Virus record (IMG/VR): IMGVR_UViG_645948442_000001
Location: 32,001-96,000 of that record
Source of the DNA: a virus
Taxonomy: Duplodnaviria; Caudoviricetes
Reading direction: 5' to 3' (one strand)
DNA length: 64,000 nucleotides
In this document: in pieces, positions 29,301 through 39,138 of the stretch
How positions within the stretch are numbered: the stretch's first letter is position 1
Layout of the letters: each line of letters opens with the position of its first letter
The notes under the pieces: generated by a model
The model's database searches: none
The model's input: the letters and a program-made list of their open reading frames with translations, nothing else
What the model was told of the DNA's origin: nothing
Made by a program: the position numbers and the translations under genes

Positions 29301-29653
29301 CTACTCTCATCGCCAAGCCGGGCCTCATCGCCGTGCCTGAAAGTGTGATCCAAGACATCGGGCGCCGTGAAGAATGCCTGCTGCTCCCGAAGATCACCAA
29401 CGGCTCTGGCCAAATGCGCCGCCTGGCCATAGGCGAGGTGACTTCGGCAGTTCGTGCTGCCAATGGTGACATCATCTTTGAAGTGGACATCCGAGAAGGA
29501 CAACTGGCTGTCTTGCCCGGCACTGAGGTGACCTATGACCTGATGCTGCAGCCTGCCGACCTCAACTGGTTCAAGCGCCTGGTCAACTGGATCAAGCCTG
29601 GCCACTTCCCCGAGCATGAAGTCGTTTCGATCAACTTCATCAACCTGAAGTGA
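29297..29653 (+). CDS. hypothetical protein
   Basis: AAGGA RBS, GTG start; hairpin 29659-29681 follows. Confidence 0.7.
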   Translation: MTTLIAKPGLIAVPESVIQDIGRREECLLLPKITNGSGQMRRLAIGEVTSAVRAANGDIIFEVDIREGQLAVLPGTEVTYDLMLQPADLNWFKRLVNWIKPGHFPEHEVVSINFINLK

Positions 29654-29701
29654 ATCCCTGCCCCGAGCCAGTCTCGGGGCATTTGTCTTATCTGGAGTCT
29701 C

Positions 29702-31312
29702 ATGGACGCTCAAACCGAACATATCCTGGCCATCGCGCGTAAACACTTCCCATACCCCACACCCAATCCAGGACAACTGGAAACCATTGTAGAAACCGTC
29801 AAGGCATTCAAGTCCGGCAAGAAGCATGTGGTGGTTCAAGCGCCCACAGGCATCGGCAAGTCTGCTATCGCCAAGACAGTTCACTCAGTGATGGCTGAAC
29901 TGAGTCCCGACAGGTTCAGAACCACCATAACGACGGCCTCTAAGGCCCTGCAGGACCAATACACGGAGGAATACAAGCAGATCTATGACCTGCGTGGTCG
30001 GACCAACTACGACTGCCCTCATAGCCTCGGCCCGTACAACAGCGGATCATGCCGGGGCGCCCGCCGCAGGAAGGAATGCAATGCCAAGGCTGAGTGCCCC
30101 TACCTGCAGACCCGCAACCACTGGTGCAACATCGCCGATCTACGTGTGACCAACAACAGCTTCAGCATCGAAGCCTGCGCCATGCTGGTGATGAGGCCCG
30201 AGAACCGAGCGAACCTGATCATCATCGATGAGTGCCATGAAATTGATGACAGCCTTTTGGAGCACACGAAGATCATGCTCAGGCCGTCTGACTTCTGGGG
30301 CATTGACGATCTGAGTGAGCAGATCAAGAAGGTCATCTCCCTGTTCACCATGATCCCTCTCGGGGTGCCTGTCGTGACTACAGACAACATGAAGCAGGCT
30401 TTCGCTGAATTCGCTGAACGGGCCAGCGCCGTCTACGACAGGCTGGTCGAGGACTTCGAGAAGCGCAACGGCGACTTGGACGCACTGGGCGACAAGATTG
30501 ACACCATGGAAACCATCATGGACAAGCTGGGTATGTTCATCGGCCCTGAAGTGTCCACATGGATCGTCGAGGAGGTCAACCCTGATCTGTCCTACCTGTC
30601 CCTGAAGCCCATCAAGGCCAGCCAGGTGGCGTACTACGGCCTGTTCCGCAAGGCTGACTACTTCCTGCACATGTCTGCTACGATCTGCGGCTTCGGAGAG
30701 TACGCTGAGTCACTGGGCATCAAAGATGATGAGGTGGAGTACCTCGATGCACCGAACCCCATCCCCGTGGCCTCTCGCATGGTGTATGTGCCAGCCAAAC
30801 AGAAGGTGTCTGGCACAATCGACTACGACCAGTTGACCGAGAACATCGACAACCTCATCAGCCTGCACCCTGAAGAGAATGGTCTGATCCACACGGTATC
30901 CTACATGCTGGCCAACGAGGTGTTCAAGCGCAGCAAACACCGGGATCGCATGTTCATGTCCAAGGACAGGGCTGAGATGGTGTCTGAGCTCCGCACCCGC
31001 AAGAATGTGGTCGTGTTGAGCCCTTCCATCGAGAAGGGGTTCGACGCCAAGGGTGACATGGCCAGGTTCCAAATCGTGGCCAAGGTTCCATTCCCATATC
31101 TCGGGGACAGTCTGGTTAAGTACAACAGCACGAACACGGCTGGGTGGTATGAGCGCAAGACGGCATTGAGGGTGGTACAGGCTTGCGGCCGCGTGACTCG
31201 GGGAGTCAGCGACTTCGGGGTGACGTACATCATCGATACCAACTTCAGGCGCCTGTACGAGCAGAATCCACACCTGTTCCCTGAATGGTACAAGCAATCT
31301 GTGAGGATGTGA
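29702..31312 (+). CDS. DinG/Rad3-family SF2 helicase with probable Fe-S cluster
   Basis: APTGIGKS, four-Cys region, DECH, MSAT, KVPFP, QACGRVTR. Confidence 0.9.
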   Translation: MDAQTEHILAIARKHFPYPTPNPGQLETIVETVKAFKSGKKHVVVQAPTGIGKSAIAKTVHSVMAELSPDRFRTTITTASKALQDQYTEEYKQIYDLRGRTNYDCPHSLGPYNSGSCRGARRRKECNAKAECPYLQTRNHWCNIADLRVTNNSFSIEACAMLVMRPENRANLIIIDECHEIDDSLLEHTKIMLRPSDFWGIDDLSEQIKKVISLFTMIPLGVPVVTTDNMKQAFAEFAERASAVYDRLVEDFEKRNGDLDALGDKIDTMETIMDKLGMFIGPEVSTWIVEEVNPDLSYLSLKPIKASQVAYYGLFRKADYFLHMSATICGFGEYAESLGIKDDEVEYLDAPNPIPVASRMVYVPAKQKVSGTIDYDQLTENIDNLISLHPEENGLIHTVSYMLANEVFKRSKHRDRMFMSKDRAEMVSELRTRKNVVVLSPSIEKGFDAKGDMARFQIVAKVPFPYLGDSLVKYNSTNTAGWYERKTALRVVQACGRVTRGVSDFGVTYIIDTNFRRLYEQNPHLFPEWYKQSVRM

Positions 31313-31674
31313 TGGGAGATTTGATCCACTACCTGGTGTTCACCCAGGTGAAATACAAGCTGGCCCACTGGTACGCCAGCGACTACCAGGTCCACCTGGC
31401 CACCGACAAGTTCAACGACTCGGCCGGTGGTCTGTTCGATGAGATTGTTGAGACTGTCCGGTCGGTGGACAAGACGCCGCTGGATGCGTTCCAGGCTGAC
31501 GTGCCCACATTCGATCACAAGTCTCTGGAGGCCCTCAAGGCTGATGTGGGTCGCGACATCGAGGTGTGTAAGAACCATGAAGCTCGGTCGATGCCCATCA
31601 TCGCCAGCCAACTGGACCAACTGGGCGCCTACCTGTCTGTGCTGTTCAACAACCTGTCCATGATCAAGGAGTGA
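31312..31674 (+). CDS. ferritin/Dps-like four-helix protein
   Basis: HW..Y..H.ATD.F..D..VE pattern. Confidence 0.6.
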   Translation: MGDLIHYLVFTQVKYKLAHWYASDYQVHLATDKFNDSAGGLFDEIVETVRSVDKTPLDAFQADVPTFDHKSLEALKADVGRDIEVCKNHEARSMPIIASQLDQLGAYLSVLFNNLSMIKE

Positions 31675-31675
31675 A

Positions 31676-32683
31676 ATGGCCTTCGACTTCAACCCTCAGC
31701 ACCGGGACATCAAGACAGTCCCCACTGACGAACTGAAATCCTGGATGATTGACCAGACCATCCGCTGGGCGTACCATCGCGAATGGGCTCGTCGCAACAA
31801 GGTCATGAACCAGCCCAAGCCCTGGTCTGTGGATACCATCATCCAGAGCTACCGATTCTGCAACGTCAATCGCCAGGACGACAAGGAGACCATGCTGCTG
31901 AATCATGGTTTCTTCGACCCCAATCGCGACCGTCATGACCTGTGGTTCAACATCGCAGTGGCGCGCTGGATCAACTGGGCTCCAACAGTGCTGGCCATCG
32001 GATACACGAACCTGGACAACGGCTACGATGCTGATGACATGTTCAAGCGGATGATGGCTGTGCCTGAAGGCAAGTTCTACACCGGCGCCTACATGATCCG
32101 GGGCTGCACTTCGGCGAAGGAAGTGGGCGGCGATCAGGAGGAGTACGAACGCTGCAAGAACAAGCGATACTTCCTGGCGCATCACGTGTTCAAGGGCATC
32201 TATGAAGTGGGCGCCCCCGAACCTGGCGAGAGCCTGGAATCGTACCACAAGCGGTTGATGACTGCTTCCTCCAACGGGGCTTTCATGGCAGGCCAGCAAA
32301 TCGCTGACCTGAAGTATTACACCATGTCCAAGGCGCCTGACTGGCACACCTGGGGTCCTGAAGGCCCTGGTCCACACAAGTACCTGAACATGTACAACGG
32401 GCGTGGCCTGGATGAAGACCGGCTGGGCCAGAAGTTCATCGAAGAACTGGCTGAGTGGGAGTCAACCTTCAAGTCCCGGCTTTCGTCTGTGATGCTTGAC
32501 CTGAACGGCGCCGACCTCCACATCATGAAGGATGTGGCCAAGGCCCTGGCTGACCCCCACAATCTCAAGTCAAATCTAGTTTGCGAGGTCAGCAAATACT
32601 TGAAGGCAATGTCGGGCGGTCGCCTTCGTAACAATTACGACGGCAAGGCCACCACTACTACACTTGCTCAGTTTGCTCCTTGA
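31676..32683 (+). CDS. 5-hydroxymethyluracil DNA kinase (aGPT-Pplase1 family)
   Basis: PWSVD.II..YRFCNVNRQDD, YTGAY, F.A.Q..ADL.Y, GPG, CE..KY motifs. Confidence 0.8.
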   Translation: MAFDFNPQHRDIKTVPTDELKSWMIDQTIRWAYHREWARRNKVMNQPKPWSVDTIIQSYRFCNVNRQDDKETMLLNHGFFDPNRDRHDLWFNIAVARWINWAPTVLAIGYTNLDNGYDADDMFKRMMAVPEGKFYTGAYMIRGCTSAKEVGGDQEEYERCKNKRYFLAHHVFKGIYEVGAPEPGESLESYHKRLMTASSNGAFMAGQQIADLKYYTMSKAPDWHTWGPEGPGPHKYLNMYNGRGLDEDRLGQKFIEELAEWESTFKSRLSSVMLDLNGADLHIMKDVAKALADPHNLKSNLVCEVSKYLKAMSGGRLRNNYDGKATTTTLAQFAP

Positions 32684-33410
32684 CCCAAGCCAACCAGAGT
32701 TCGTCGAGCCAAGGGTTCCAACCTTGCTCCACGAATTTCTTGTGTAAGGACTGCCACTTGTTCCAGTGGGTAGAGGAATAGCCTTGGCTCTTACAGAAAT
32801 CTGTGGTGCCTTTGGGTGACCCAGCTGCCACCCAATTGTCGTAGAAGTCTCCGGCCTGGATCCACTTGTCTTTGTAGCGAGTCCATTGGGCGAGGTGCAA
32901 TTTGTCTTTGTACTCCTTTGTATTTTGGACCTCGCGTAGCGCCTCGACCCGTTTGGCTTTGAACTCTGGTCTAGTGGCATTCAATTCCTTCATCTTGATG
33001 GATGAACGTTCCGAGTGCCTTTGGATATCAACGCCGCCTCCCCAATACCAATCGGATAATTTCTTGCCTTGCGCGACTAACATTTCCTTGGGTTTGCTCA
33101 TTTGCTTCGCTCTCATTTCTTCCGCCACGGTCCTCCTACTGAGCTCGTAATCCTTGGACCTGCGACGCCCAGTCCTGTTGGTCATCATCATGAATGCGTA
33201 CCTGAGAGAATTGGAATCGTAGGCTCTCATCAGCATCCAGTGGGCGATGTAGTGCTCTCTCAGTGACAGGGTGACGAGGTTACTGGGATCGTTGGTGCCA
33301 CCACAACTCAATGGGATGATGTGGTGCCTCTCCACAGGACCCTGGCTGGGTCGTCTGGTCTTTATAAACTGTTCGTAACGTTGGACGTATAATATGGATT
33401 TCACTTGCAT
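32658..33410 (-). CDS. free-standing HNH homing endonuclease
   Basis: ERHHIIPLSCGGTNDPSNLVTLSLREHYIAH; atypical codons; own TAAGTA promoter and AGGAGG RBS. Confidence 0.88.
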   Translation of the reverse strand: MQVKSILYVQRYEQFIKTRRPSQGPVERHHIIPLSCGGTNDPSNLVTLSLREHYIAHWMLMRAYDSNSLRYAFMMMTNRTGRRRSKDYELSRRTVAEEMRAKQMSKPKEMLVAQGKKLSDWYWGGGVDIQRHSERSSIKMKELNATRPEFKAKRVEALREVQNTKEYKDKLHLAQWTRYKDKWIQAGDFYDNWVAAGSPKGTTDFCKSQGYSSTHWNKWQSLHKKFVEQGWNPWLDELWLAWVKEQTEQV

Positions 33411-33450
33411 AAACTCTCCTCCTTGCCTTACTTATGTGAGTCTGGTAAGT

Positions 33451-33510
33451 AACAACAACTACGATGGTCGGGCGACGACCCATTCCATCGCACAATTCAA
33501 CAAGGTGTAA
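33451..33510 (+). pseudogene. orphan duplicate of the 3' end of the 5-hmdU kinase gene
   Basis: Translates NNNYDGRATTHSIAQFNKV* versus RNNYDGKATTTTLAQFAP* at 32627-32683. Confidence 0.8.
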
Positions 33511-33512
33511 AC

Positions 33513-33947
33513 ATGTACTCCATCATCATTCTGGCTTTCCTGCTGTGGGGCGCCGACCGCGTCTCCCTCTCTTCCTGGCTCAATCGCAACAGAGACCTGC
33601 CCCTCACGAAACCAGTCATCGTGTTCACCACGATGACGCCTGAGCGCATTTTGAACGTGCTGATGTCCAGGGAGCGGGTGAGTCGCAGGGTGTACACTGA
33701 ATCCTACGAGGTGTACAAGGAGATGAAGGCCAAGAGCCACTACCCGGTGAACCTGAACCACGTGCTGCCCGGGTTTGTCCCCAGTCAGTCGTCCGTATTC
33801 ATCACCTCCGGCAGCCCTCTGAACACTCTCAAGCAAATCTGGCGCCTCAATGGCAACATGGGCAAGTATGGCGAAGGCATGATTGTCGTCAACTTGCGTT
33901 TCACCAGCGATGACTCGGGTCCGAAGATACCCGTGGGAGCGACTTGA
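33513..33947 (+). CDS. hypothetical protein with hydrophobic N-terminus
   Basis: ORF with AAGGTG RBS. Confidence 0.7.
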   Translation: MYSIIILAFLLWGADRVSLSSWLNRNRDLPLTKPVIVFTTMTPERILNVLMSRERVSRRVYTESYEVYKEMKAKSHYPVNLNHVLPGFVPSQSSVFITSGSPLNTLKQIWRLNGNMGKYGEGMIVVNLRFTSDDSGPKIPVGAT

Positions 33948-34432
33948 TGTTTCTGGAACTGTTCAAGGGGGCTGCGGCCCTCAAGCTCATCCAACTGATG
34001 CGGGGCAACCGGCTGATGGCCCCTGCTGGGAACCTGGGGTTGTCCCGCCAGCAGATGCCTCAGATCGACAGCAAATATCTGGACCAGCTGGTCCAGTGGC
34101 TGGCGACCCAGGAGGTCGGCGTAGATGAGAAGCAATGGGGGCTGGATAAGCTCAAGTTGGTGCAGGCCGAGTACAACCGTGAGAAAGTGCTGAGCCTGAT
34201 CGACACTTGGGGCAAGAAGCCATCTCCCCCCATCCTGGTCTCCAATGACGGCTATGTGCTGGATGGCTCCCACAGGTTCCTGGCCAAGTTCAATCGCAAG
34301 AAGGAGACTGGTGACGGTCAACGCATCAAGACCCTGACGGTTGATCTTCCGGCCCGGGCAGCCGTGGATGCTCTCCGGCGATTCCCTGGAGTCCAGTTTC
34401 GCAACTACAGCGACAAGAGCCTGGCCAAGTGA
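33944..34432 (+). CDS. ParB/sulfiredoxin-like domain protein
   Basis: RQQMPQI and PILVSNDGYVLDGSHR. Confidence 0.75.
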   Translation: MMFLELFKGAAALKLIQLMRGNRLMAPAGNLGLSRQQMPQIDSKYLDQLVQWLATQEVGVDEKQWGLDKLKLVQAEYNREKVLSLIDTWGKKPSPPILVSNDGYVLDGSHRFLAKFNRKKETGDGQRIKTLTVDLPARAAVDALRRFPGVQFRNYSDKSLAK

Positions 34433-34597
34433 AAAGACCCCTCCGCAAGGAGGGGTTTTCTGATTTCTGTGTATCGCGGCTATAATTGTATCCGCGCAAC
34501 ATCGCTTTCGGCAAAAATGTCCGAAATTGTTTTGTATTAACAACGGCTTACGGGCCAGGAAACCCAAACGCCACACCACTCATCAGGAACCCATGAA

Positions 34598-35581
34598 ATG
34601 ACACACCCAGACCCATCCAGCTCAGCCGACAAGGCGGGCAACTACATCGTTGGCGGACTCGCTTCAGCGGGGGCATTCAACGCTGTGTTCGGCAGGGACA
34701 AGGAGAGGAGTTGGAAGGCCCTTGGACTGGTCGCTCTGGTGGCTGGCGTCTTCTACTCCTTGTGGGTGTACATTTTGAGCCTCAAGGCGGCATCCAAGTA
34801 CAAGGGCAGCGACTTCGTCAAGGTGGCGTTGATCCCTGTGTCTTTGTACTGGGTCTGGTTCTACTTCACAGGGATACAGATCAAGTTGGCCGACACATGG
34901 AACACCAGCCCCGCTGGCCACTGGATGGCGTTCATCCTCATATGCAACCTGTTGATCTACTGGATGGCCGGGCGGGCCTGCTGGTCGATTCTGGGCAACA
35001 TCCACAGGAAGTATGGCAACGGTCAGGTGGCATTCTGGAAGCATGCTTTGTGCAGTGTCAGCATCCTGTTCCTGTCGTTCGGGTTCTGGGGCAACAAGGC
35101 CATCTACATGCCGCACTCCACATTCTGGGGCACGACCACACAGCGTGACGAATACGACGCATACCACTTGACAGGCAAGGCGCAGGAGGCTGCTCAACAG
35201 AGGGTTGACAAGCGCAAGGCGCAGCGCGCCGATGCCCTGGAAGCCAAGTTGATGAAGGACCCTGTGTACGTGGCCAAGAAGCAAGCCAAAGCGGATTTGG
35301 AGGCCAAGCGCAAGGCACATCGCGAGGAACAGGCCGCGCTGGCTAAACAGTTGGCGGACAAATACGAGGCCGAGCGCCAGGCCGAGGCGACGGCCCGGAT
35401 GAAGGCCATCGAAGATCAGCAGGCGCGCGAACAGGCCATGATAGCCAGGATGCGCACCGATGACGAGCAACGAGCCGAGAGACAGGCTCGTGAGCGAGAG
35501 GCGCAGATGGAGTACAACTCCATGCGTAGGGAGCAGTTGGAGCGAGAGGACCGGCTGCGCAGTTTGATGAACCAACGATAG
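34598..35581 (+). CDS. multi-pass membrane protein with C-terminal coiled coil
   Basis: About four hydrophobic segments then an E/R/A/Q-rich helix; promoter GGCTATAAT at 34478. Confidence 0.75.
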   Translation: MTHPDPSSSADKAGNYIVGGLASAGAFNAVFGRDKERSWKALGLVALVAGVFYSLWVYILSLKAASKYKGSDFVKVALIPVSLYWVWFYFTGIQIKLADTWNTSPAGHWMAFILICNLLIYWMAGRACWSILGNIHRKYGNGQVAFWKHALCSVSILFLSFGFWGNKAIYMPHSTFWGTTTQRDEYDAYHLTGKAQEAAQQRVDKRKAQRADALEAKLMKDPVYVAKKQAKADLEAKRKAHREEQAALAKQLADKYEAERQAEATARMKAIEDQQAREQAMIARMRTDDEQRAERQAREREAQMEYNSMRREQLEREDRLRSLMNQR

Positions 35582-35588
35582 GGCAAGC

Positions 35589-36089
35589 ATGAATTTGAAA
35601 TTGGAAGCACTCCTGGGCATCCTCCAGGGGGCAGAGGCGTCAGCGGAATACTCCAAGGCCAACCGCGACAAGCCAGGCAAGGGCAAGGTGGGGGCCGTGG
35701 GGTTCAACCTGTCGGAGTCGGGTATGCCTGTGGTGACGGTGGCGACCTACAACCAGCGCACGGAAGAGGGGCCGCTGGAAGACGAGAACAACGTCACCCT
35801 ACCAGATGTGGTGCATGCTGAGATGGGCGTGATCCTGGGATCGCCCACTCCCAGCGCATACATCATGTGCACTGAAAGCCCTTGCCATGGATGTGCAGTG
35901 CACATGGAGGCTGCCGACCTTTCCGGCATCTTCTGGATCAACGACTACCGTTGCCAGTCTGGCGTCGAGTTTCTCAAGGGGCGCGGCTTCAGCGTCCGGG
36001 AGTTCGAGGTGCAGGGCCGCAAGTTCAAGGGGGCAATCAGGGTGAACCACGAGCAAGCCATGGCATACGCTCGCGACCTGTCGCAGTAA
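35589..36089 (+). CDS. dCMP deaminase
   Basis: KVGAV, VVHAE, SPCHGC zinc motifs. Confidence 0.85.
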   Translation: MNLKLEALLGILQGAEASAEYSKANRDKPGKGKVGAVGFNLSESGMPVVTVATYNQRTEEGPLEDENNVTLPDVVHAEMGVILGSPTPSAYIMCTESPCHGCAVHMEAADLSGIFWINDYRCQSGVEFLKGRGFSVREFEVQGRKFKGAIRVNHEQAMAYARDLSQ

Positions 36090-36170
36090 ATATCTGCGTA
36101 GGCACCGGGGTCATCCAAACAGGAGGGGCTCGCCCTCCTGTCCCCGATTCGAGTGCCGTCAGGGGCATCA

Positions 36171-36974
36171 ATGGCAAAGCAGAATCGTCGTCAAGCGCAG
36201 CAGCATACCCGCCGTGGTCAACGTGTCACGGAAAGCATCCAGCTGAGCTACCAACGCGATGAGTACGAAGCGCGTCAAGAGCATGAGGACCATGTCCGAA
36301 CTGCAACGAGCAAGCGCGAAGTCTTCACCCCCAAGACTCCCCGCCAGACCAGGCTGTTTCAATCCATTCTGAACAACGAAATCTCCGTGGGCGAAGGCCC
36401 TGCGGGTGTCGGCAAGACCTTCACAGTGGCTGCTGCCATGGCCAAGCTGTTGAAGGATGGCCAAATTCATGAAATCGTGATCACCCGAGCCAATGTGACT
36501 GTGGGCGAGAGTATCGGCATGCTGCCTGGCACCATCGAGGAAAAGATGGCTCCGCTGCTGGCCCCTATTCTGGACGCCCTCAAGCGTGTCTTGGGTGCGG
36601 GTGAATACGAGTACATGCTCCGTCGCGGTCGCATCAAGATGCTGCCTTTCGAGTATGTGCGTGGTCGCAGTTTCAAGGACACTGGTGTTATCGTGGATGA
36701 GGCTCAGAATCTGAGCCGCAACGAAGTGGTCGCTATCTGCACCCGCTACGAGTCTGGCCGTCTGGTGATCCTGGGCGACCCCTTCCAGAATGACATCAAC
36801 AGCTCCGTGGTCCAGTTCGGTCTGGATCCAGAACCCACCGGCCTGGAATGGCTGTCTGCTTTCAACGATCGCAACGATCTGGGCATCGGAGTGACCAAGT
36901 TCGAACTGGAAGACGTCGTGCGTTCTGGCTTTGTCAAGCGTTTCCTGACGGCTCTCTACACGAAGGGCCATTAA
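36171..36974 (+). CDS. phoH: PhoH-family ATPase
   Basis: GPAGVGKT, GMLPGTIEEK, RGRSF, DEAQN, GDPFQ, DVVRSG. Confidence 0.95.
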   Translation: MAKQNRRQAQQHTRRGQRVTESIQLSYQRDEYEARQEHEDHVRTATSKREVFTPKTPRQTRLFQSILNNEISVGEGPAGVGKTFTVAAAMAKLLKDGQIHEIVITRANVTVGESIGMLPGTIEEKMAPLLAPILDALKRVLGAGEYEYMLRRGRIKMLPFEYVRGRSFKDTGVIVDEAQNLSRNEVVAICTRYESGRLVILGDPFQNDINSSVVQFGLDPEPTGLEWLSAFNDRNDLGIGVTKFELEDVVRSGFVKRFLTALYTKGH

Positions 36975-36995
36975 GTACAGGGAAAGGAGTTCAAT

Positions 36996-37337
36996 ATGAA
37001 CCAACTGCAAAGCAACATCAAGTCCCTCCAGGACAAGCACGGTGACAAGGTCACGGTCGGGGCGACCGGCCTGAAGCTGAAACACCCCAACGGCTACACC
37101 GAAACCCTGATTTCCTGGCCTCTGGGCACAGAGATTGAAGGTCTGGTTGTCCAGCCCGTGGAACCAGCTCCTCCTGCGCCTGAGGTCAAGCCAGCTGAAC
37201 CGGCCGAGCCTGTCGGTAAACTGCCGCCTGCTGAGGTGACGCCCGACCCTGAACCTGTGAAGGAACCTGAGCAGCCTGTGGTCGAGAAAAAGAAGCCCGG
37301 CCCCAAACCCAAGGTTGCTGAGACCAAGGCCGAGTGA
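36996..37337 (+). CDS. Pro/Glu-rich hypothetical protein
   Basis: Late promoter TAAGTA at 36972, AAGGAG RBS. Confidence 0.75.
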   Translation: MNQLQSNIKSLQDKHGDKVTVGATGLKLKHPNGYTETLISWPLGTEIEGLVVQPVEPAPPAPEVKPAEPAEPVGKLPPAEVTPDPEPVKEPEQPVVEKKKPGPKPKVAETKAE

Positions 37338-37681
37338 TGTTGGGTTTCGGGCCAACCAACCACTATGCATTGGCCCGGAGTTTGTTGGTGAGGCCGGTGG
37401 AGAGCAAATTTCTGCTGGCCTTGCTTGAATTACCAAACCAAGCAACCAAGGAGTTGAACAAGGGCACCCCTGAGGGTGTGCAAGCGGCCACGAATATGTG
37501 TGCTACTTTCTTCAACTCCATCCACCGCACTGAGAAGTCGTTGGAACTGTTCATCAGCCTGTCCGGAGCGCCTCGCGGGGCCTCGGCGCTGTTGAAATTC
37601 TGTGGCGCTGAGCCGGCCAGCTACGATGCTGATCGACTTGAGCATATTGAGAAAATCATGAGAGGAGAAATGTATGCGTGA
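37334..37681 (+). CDS. hypothetical protein
   Basis: GTGA-coupled ORF. Confidence 0.6.
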   Translation: MMLGFGPTNHYALARSLLVRPVESKFLLALLELPNQATKELNKGTPEGVQAATNMCATFFNSIHRTEKSLELFISLSGAPRGASALLKFCGAEPASYDADRLEHIEKIMRGEMYA

Positions 37682-37744
37682 TATCCGACCTGTGCACGAC
37701 GTGCGACCCATGAGCGGCGGAGGCGGCAGTGGCTGTGCCGGAGC

Positions 37745-38098
37745 ATGAGATTCGTGAGGATGGGTGGTGCTGCTGGCGGCTCTGGCCCTGGGGGTGCCCC
37801 AACCAATTCAGTCGGTGACGGCAAGGGGTTTGCGACCTACGCAGTCCCCCTGTTCGTAGCCCGGCGCAACAAGCCGGTCAACGAGGTGTCCACTGAAGTG
37901 TTCCAACGCTTCCGGGTGGGCTCCTACAACGAGGATGAGTGGAGCGACCTGATTGACGACCCGACAGTCAAGGAGGCGTCTCTGGCTGACTTCCACAGCA
38001 AAGGGGAGGCCATCATCTACGACCCTGCTACTCTGGCTGGGGTGATCCTTCGCAAGAAGCGACTGCAGAAGCAAGCGATCAGCGCAAACTCAATCTGA
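37745..38098 (+). CDS. hypothetical protein (start uncertain)
   Basis: APTNSVG motif; possible frameshift near 37762. Confidence 0.6.
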   Translation: MRFVRMGGAAGGSGPGGAPTNSVGDGKGFATYAVPLFVARRNKPVNEVSTEVFQRFRVGSYNEDEWSDLIDDPTVKEASLADFHSKGEAIIYDPATLAGVILRKKRLQKQAISANSI

Positions 38099-38151
38099 AA
38101 GTGGCCACTGGGGTAAATACTCCAGTGGCCCTTTTGTATTTGGAGTGAACA

Positions 38152-39138
38152 ATGATCAAGGTGGATTACCTCTACTTCGGCATCATCGAGAGTGTTGATG
38201 ATCCTCTGCAGACCGGGCGTTGCCAGGTGCGCATATTCGGCATCCACACCGAACTGACCCAGGAGATCACCACAGAGGATCTGCCCTGGTGCCAACCCTG
38301 GATGCCAGTCACAGAGCCATTCATCTCGGGCATTGGATGGAGCCCCACAGGCATGGTGCCCGGGGCAATGGTGGTTCTGATTCCCCAAGACGAGTTCAAG
38401 CAAGAATGGAAAATCCTATTCTCTACTGGGGCTTATCGTACTGACCTTGGGATCAAGGCCAACGAGGGGTTCAAGGACCCATCTGGACTGTACCCGCTCA
38501 AGGACAGAGGGCACGATGTCAACTTCATGGCCCGTGGCGTCAGCACCAAGATTGACGGCGTGACTGATGCTGGGTTTGACCCCAACACCGAGAAGCGCAA
38601 GAACGAGTCAACTGCTGAAGTACAGGAAGTGATCGACGAGGGCAAGCCGGAGGAGCCAGCCCAACCAGTCGGTTCAGCCACTTGGATGGCCTTCGCCGAG
38701 AAGGAACTGGGTATCAATGAAGATGACAACCCCAAGAGAGTGAACGAGTATCACACGCAGGGCGGAGGTTCCAGCCGTTGGGGCGGTGAGACGCCTTGGT
38801 GTGCTAGCTTCGTCGGCTGGTGTCTGGTGCAAGCCAAACTGAAGGGGTCTGGATCGGCGATGGCCAGATCGTATCTCAAGTGGGGTAAGGAATTACCCAT
38901 CGATAACACCATCCCATACGGAGCCATCATCGTGATCCAGGGCGACCGGGGTCCTAGCTCGGGCCACGTGTGTTTCGCCACAGGGGTGAGTGGCGGTCGA
39001 GTACAGGTGATTGGCGGTAATCAATCGGCCAAGAACAAGCAGAATGGTGGTGAGGTGACTCGTTCCTCATTCCCAATGAAGCAAGTCATCGGCGCACGCT
39101 GGCCAGCCGATGTGCCACCGAAGAAGGAGTTCAACTGA
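38152..39138 (+). CDS. gp5-like N-terminal OB domain fused to NlpC/P60-type (TIGR02594-like) peptidase
   Basis: DDPLQTGRCQVRIFGIH..DLPW; ETPWCASFV..GHV..GGNQ. Confidence 0.85.
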   Translation: MIKVDYLYFGIIESVDDPLQTGRCQVRIFGIHTELTQEITTEDLPWCQPWMPVTEPFISGIGWSPTGMVPGAMVVLIPQDEFKQEWKILFSTGAYRTDLGIKANEGFKDPSGLYPLKDRGHDVNFMARGVSTKIDGVTDAGFDPNTEKRKNESTAEVQEVIDEGKPEEPAQPVGSATWMAFAEKELGINEDDNPKRVNEYHTQGGGSSRWGGETPWCASFVGWCLVQAKLKGSGSAMARSYLKWGKELPIDNTIPYGAIIVIQGDRGPSSGHVCFATGVSGGRVQVIGGNQSAKNKQNGGEVTRSSFPMKQVIGARWPADVPPKKEFN

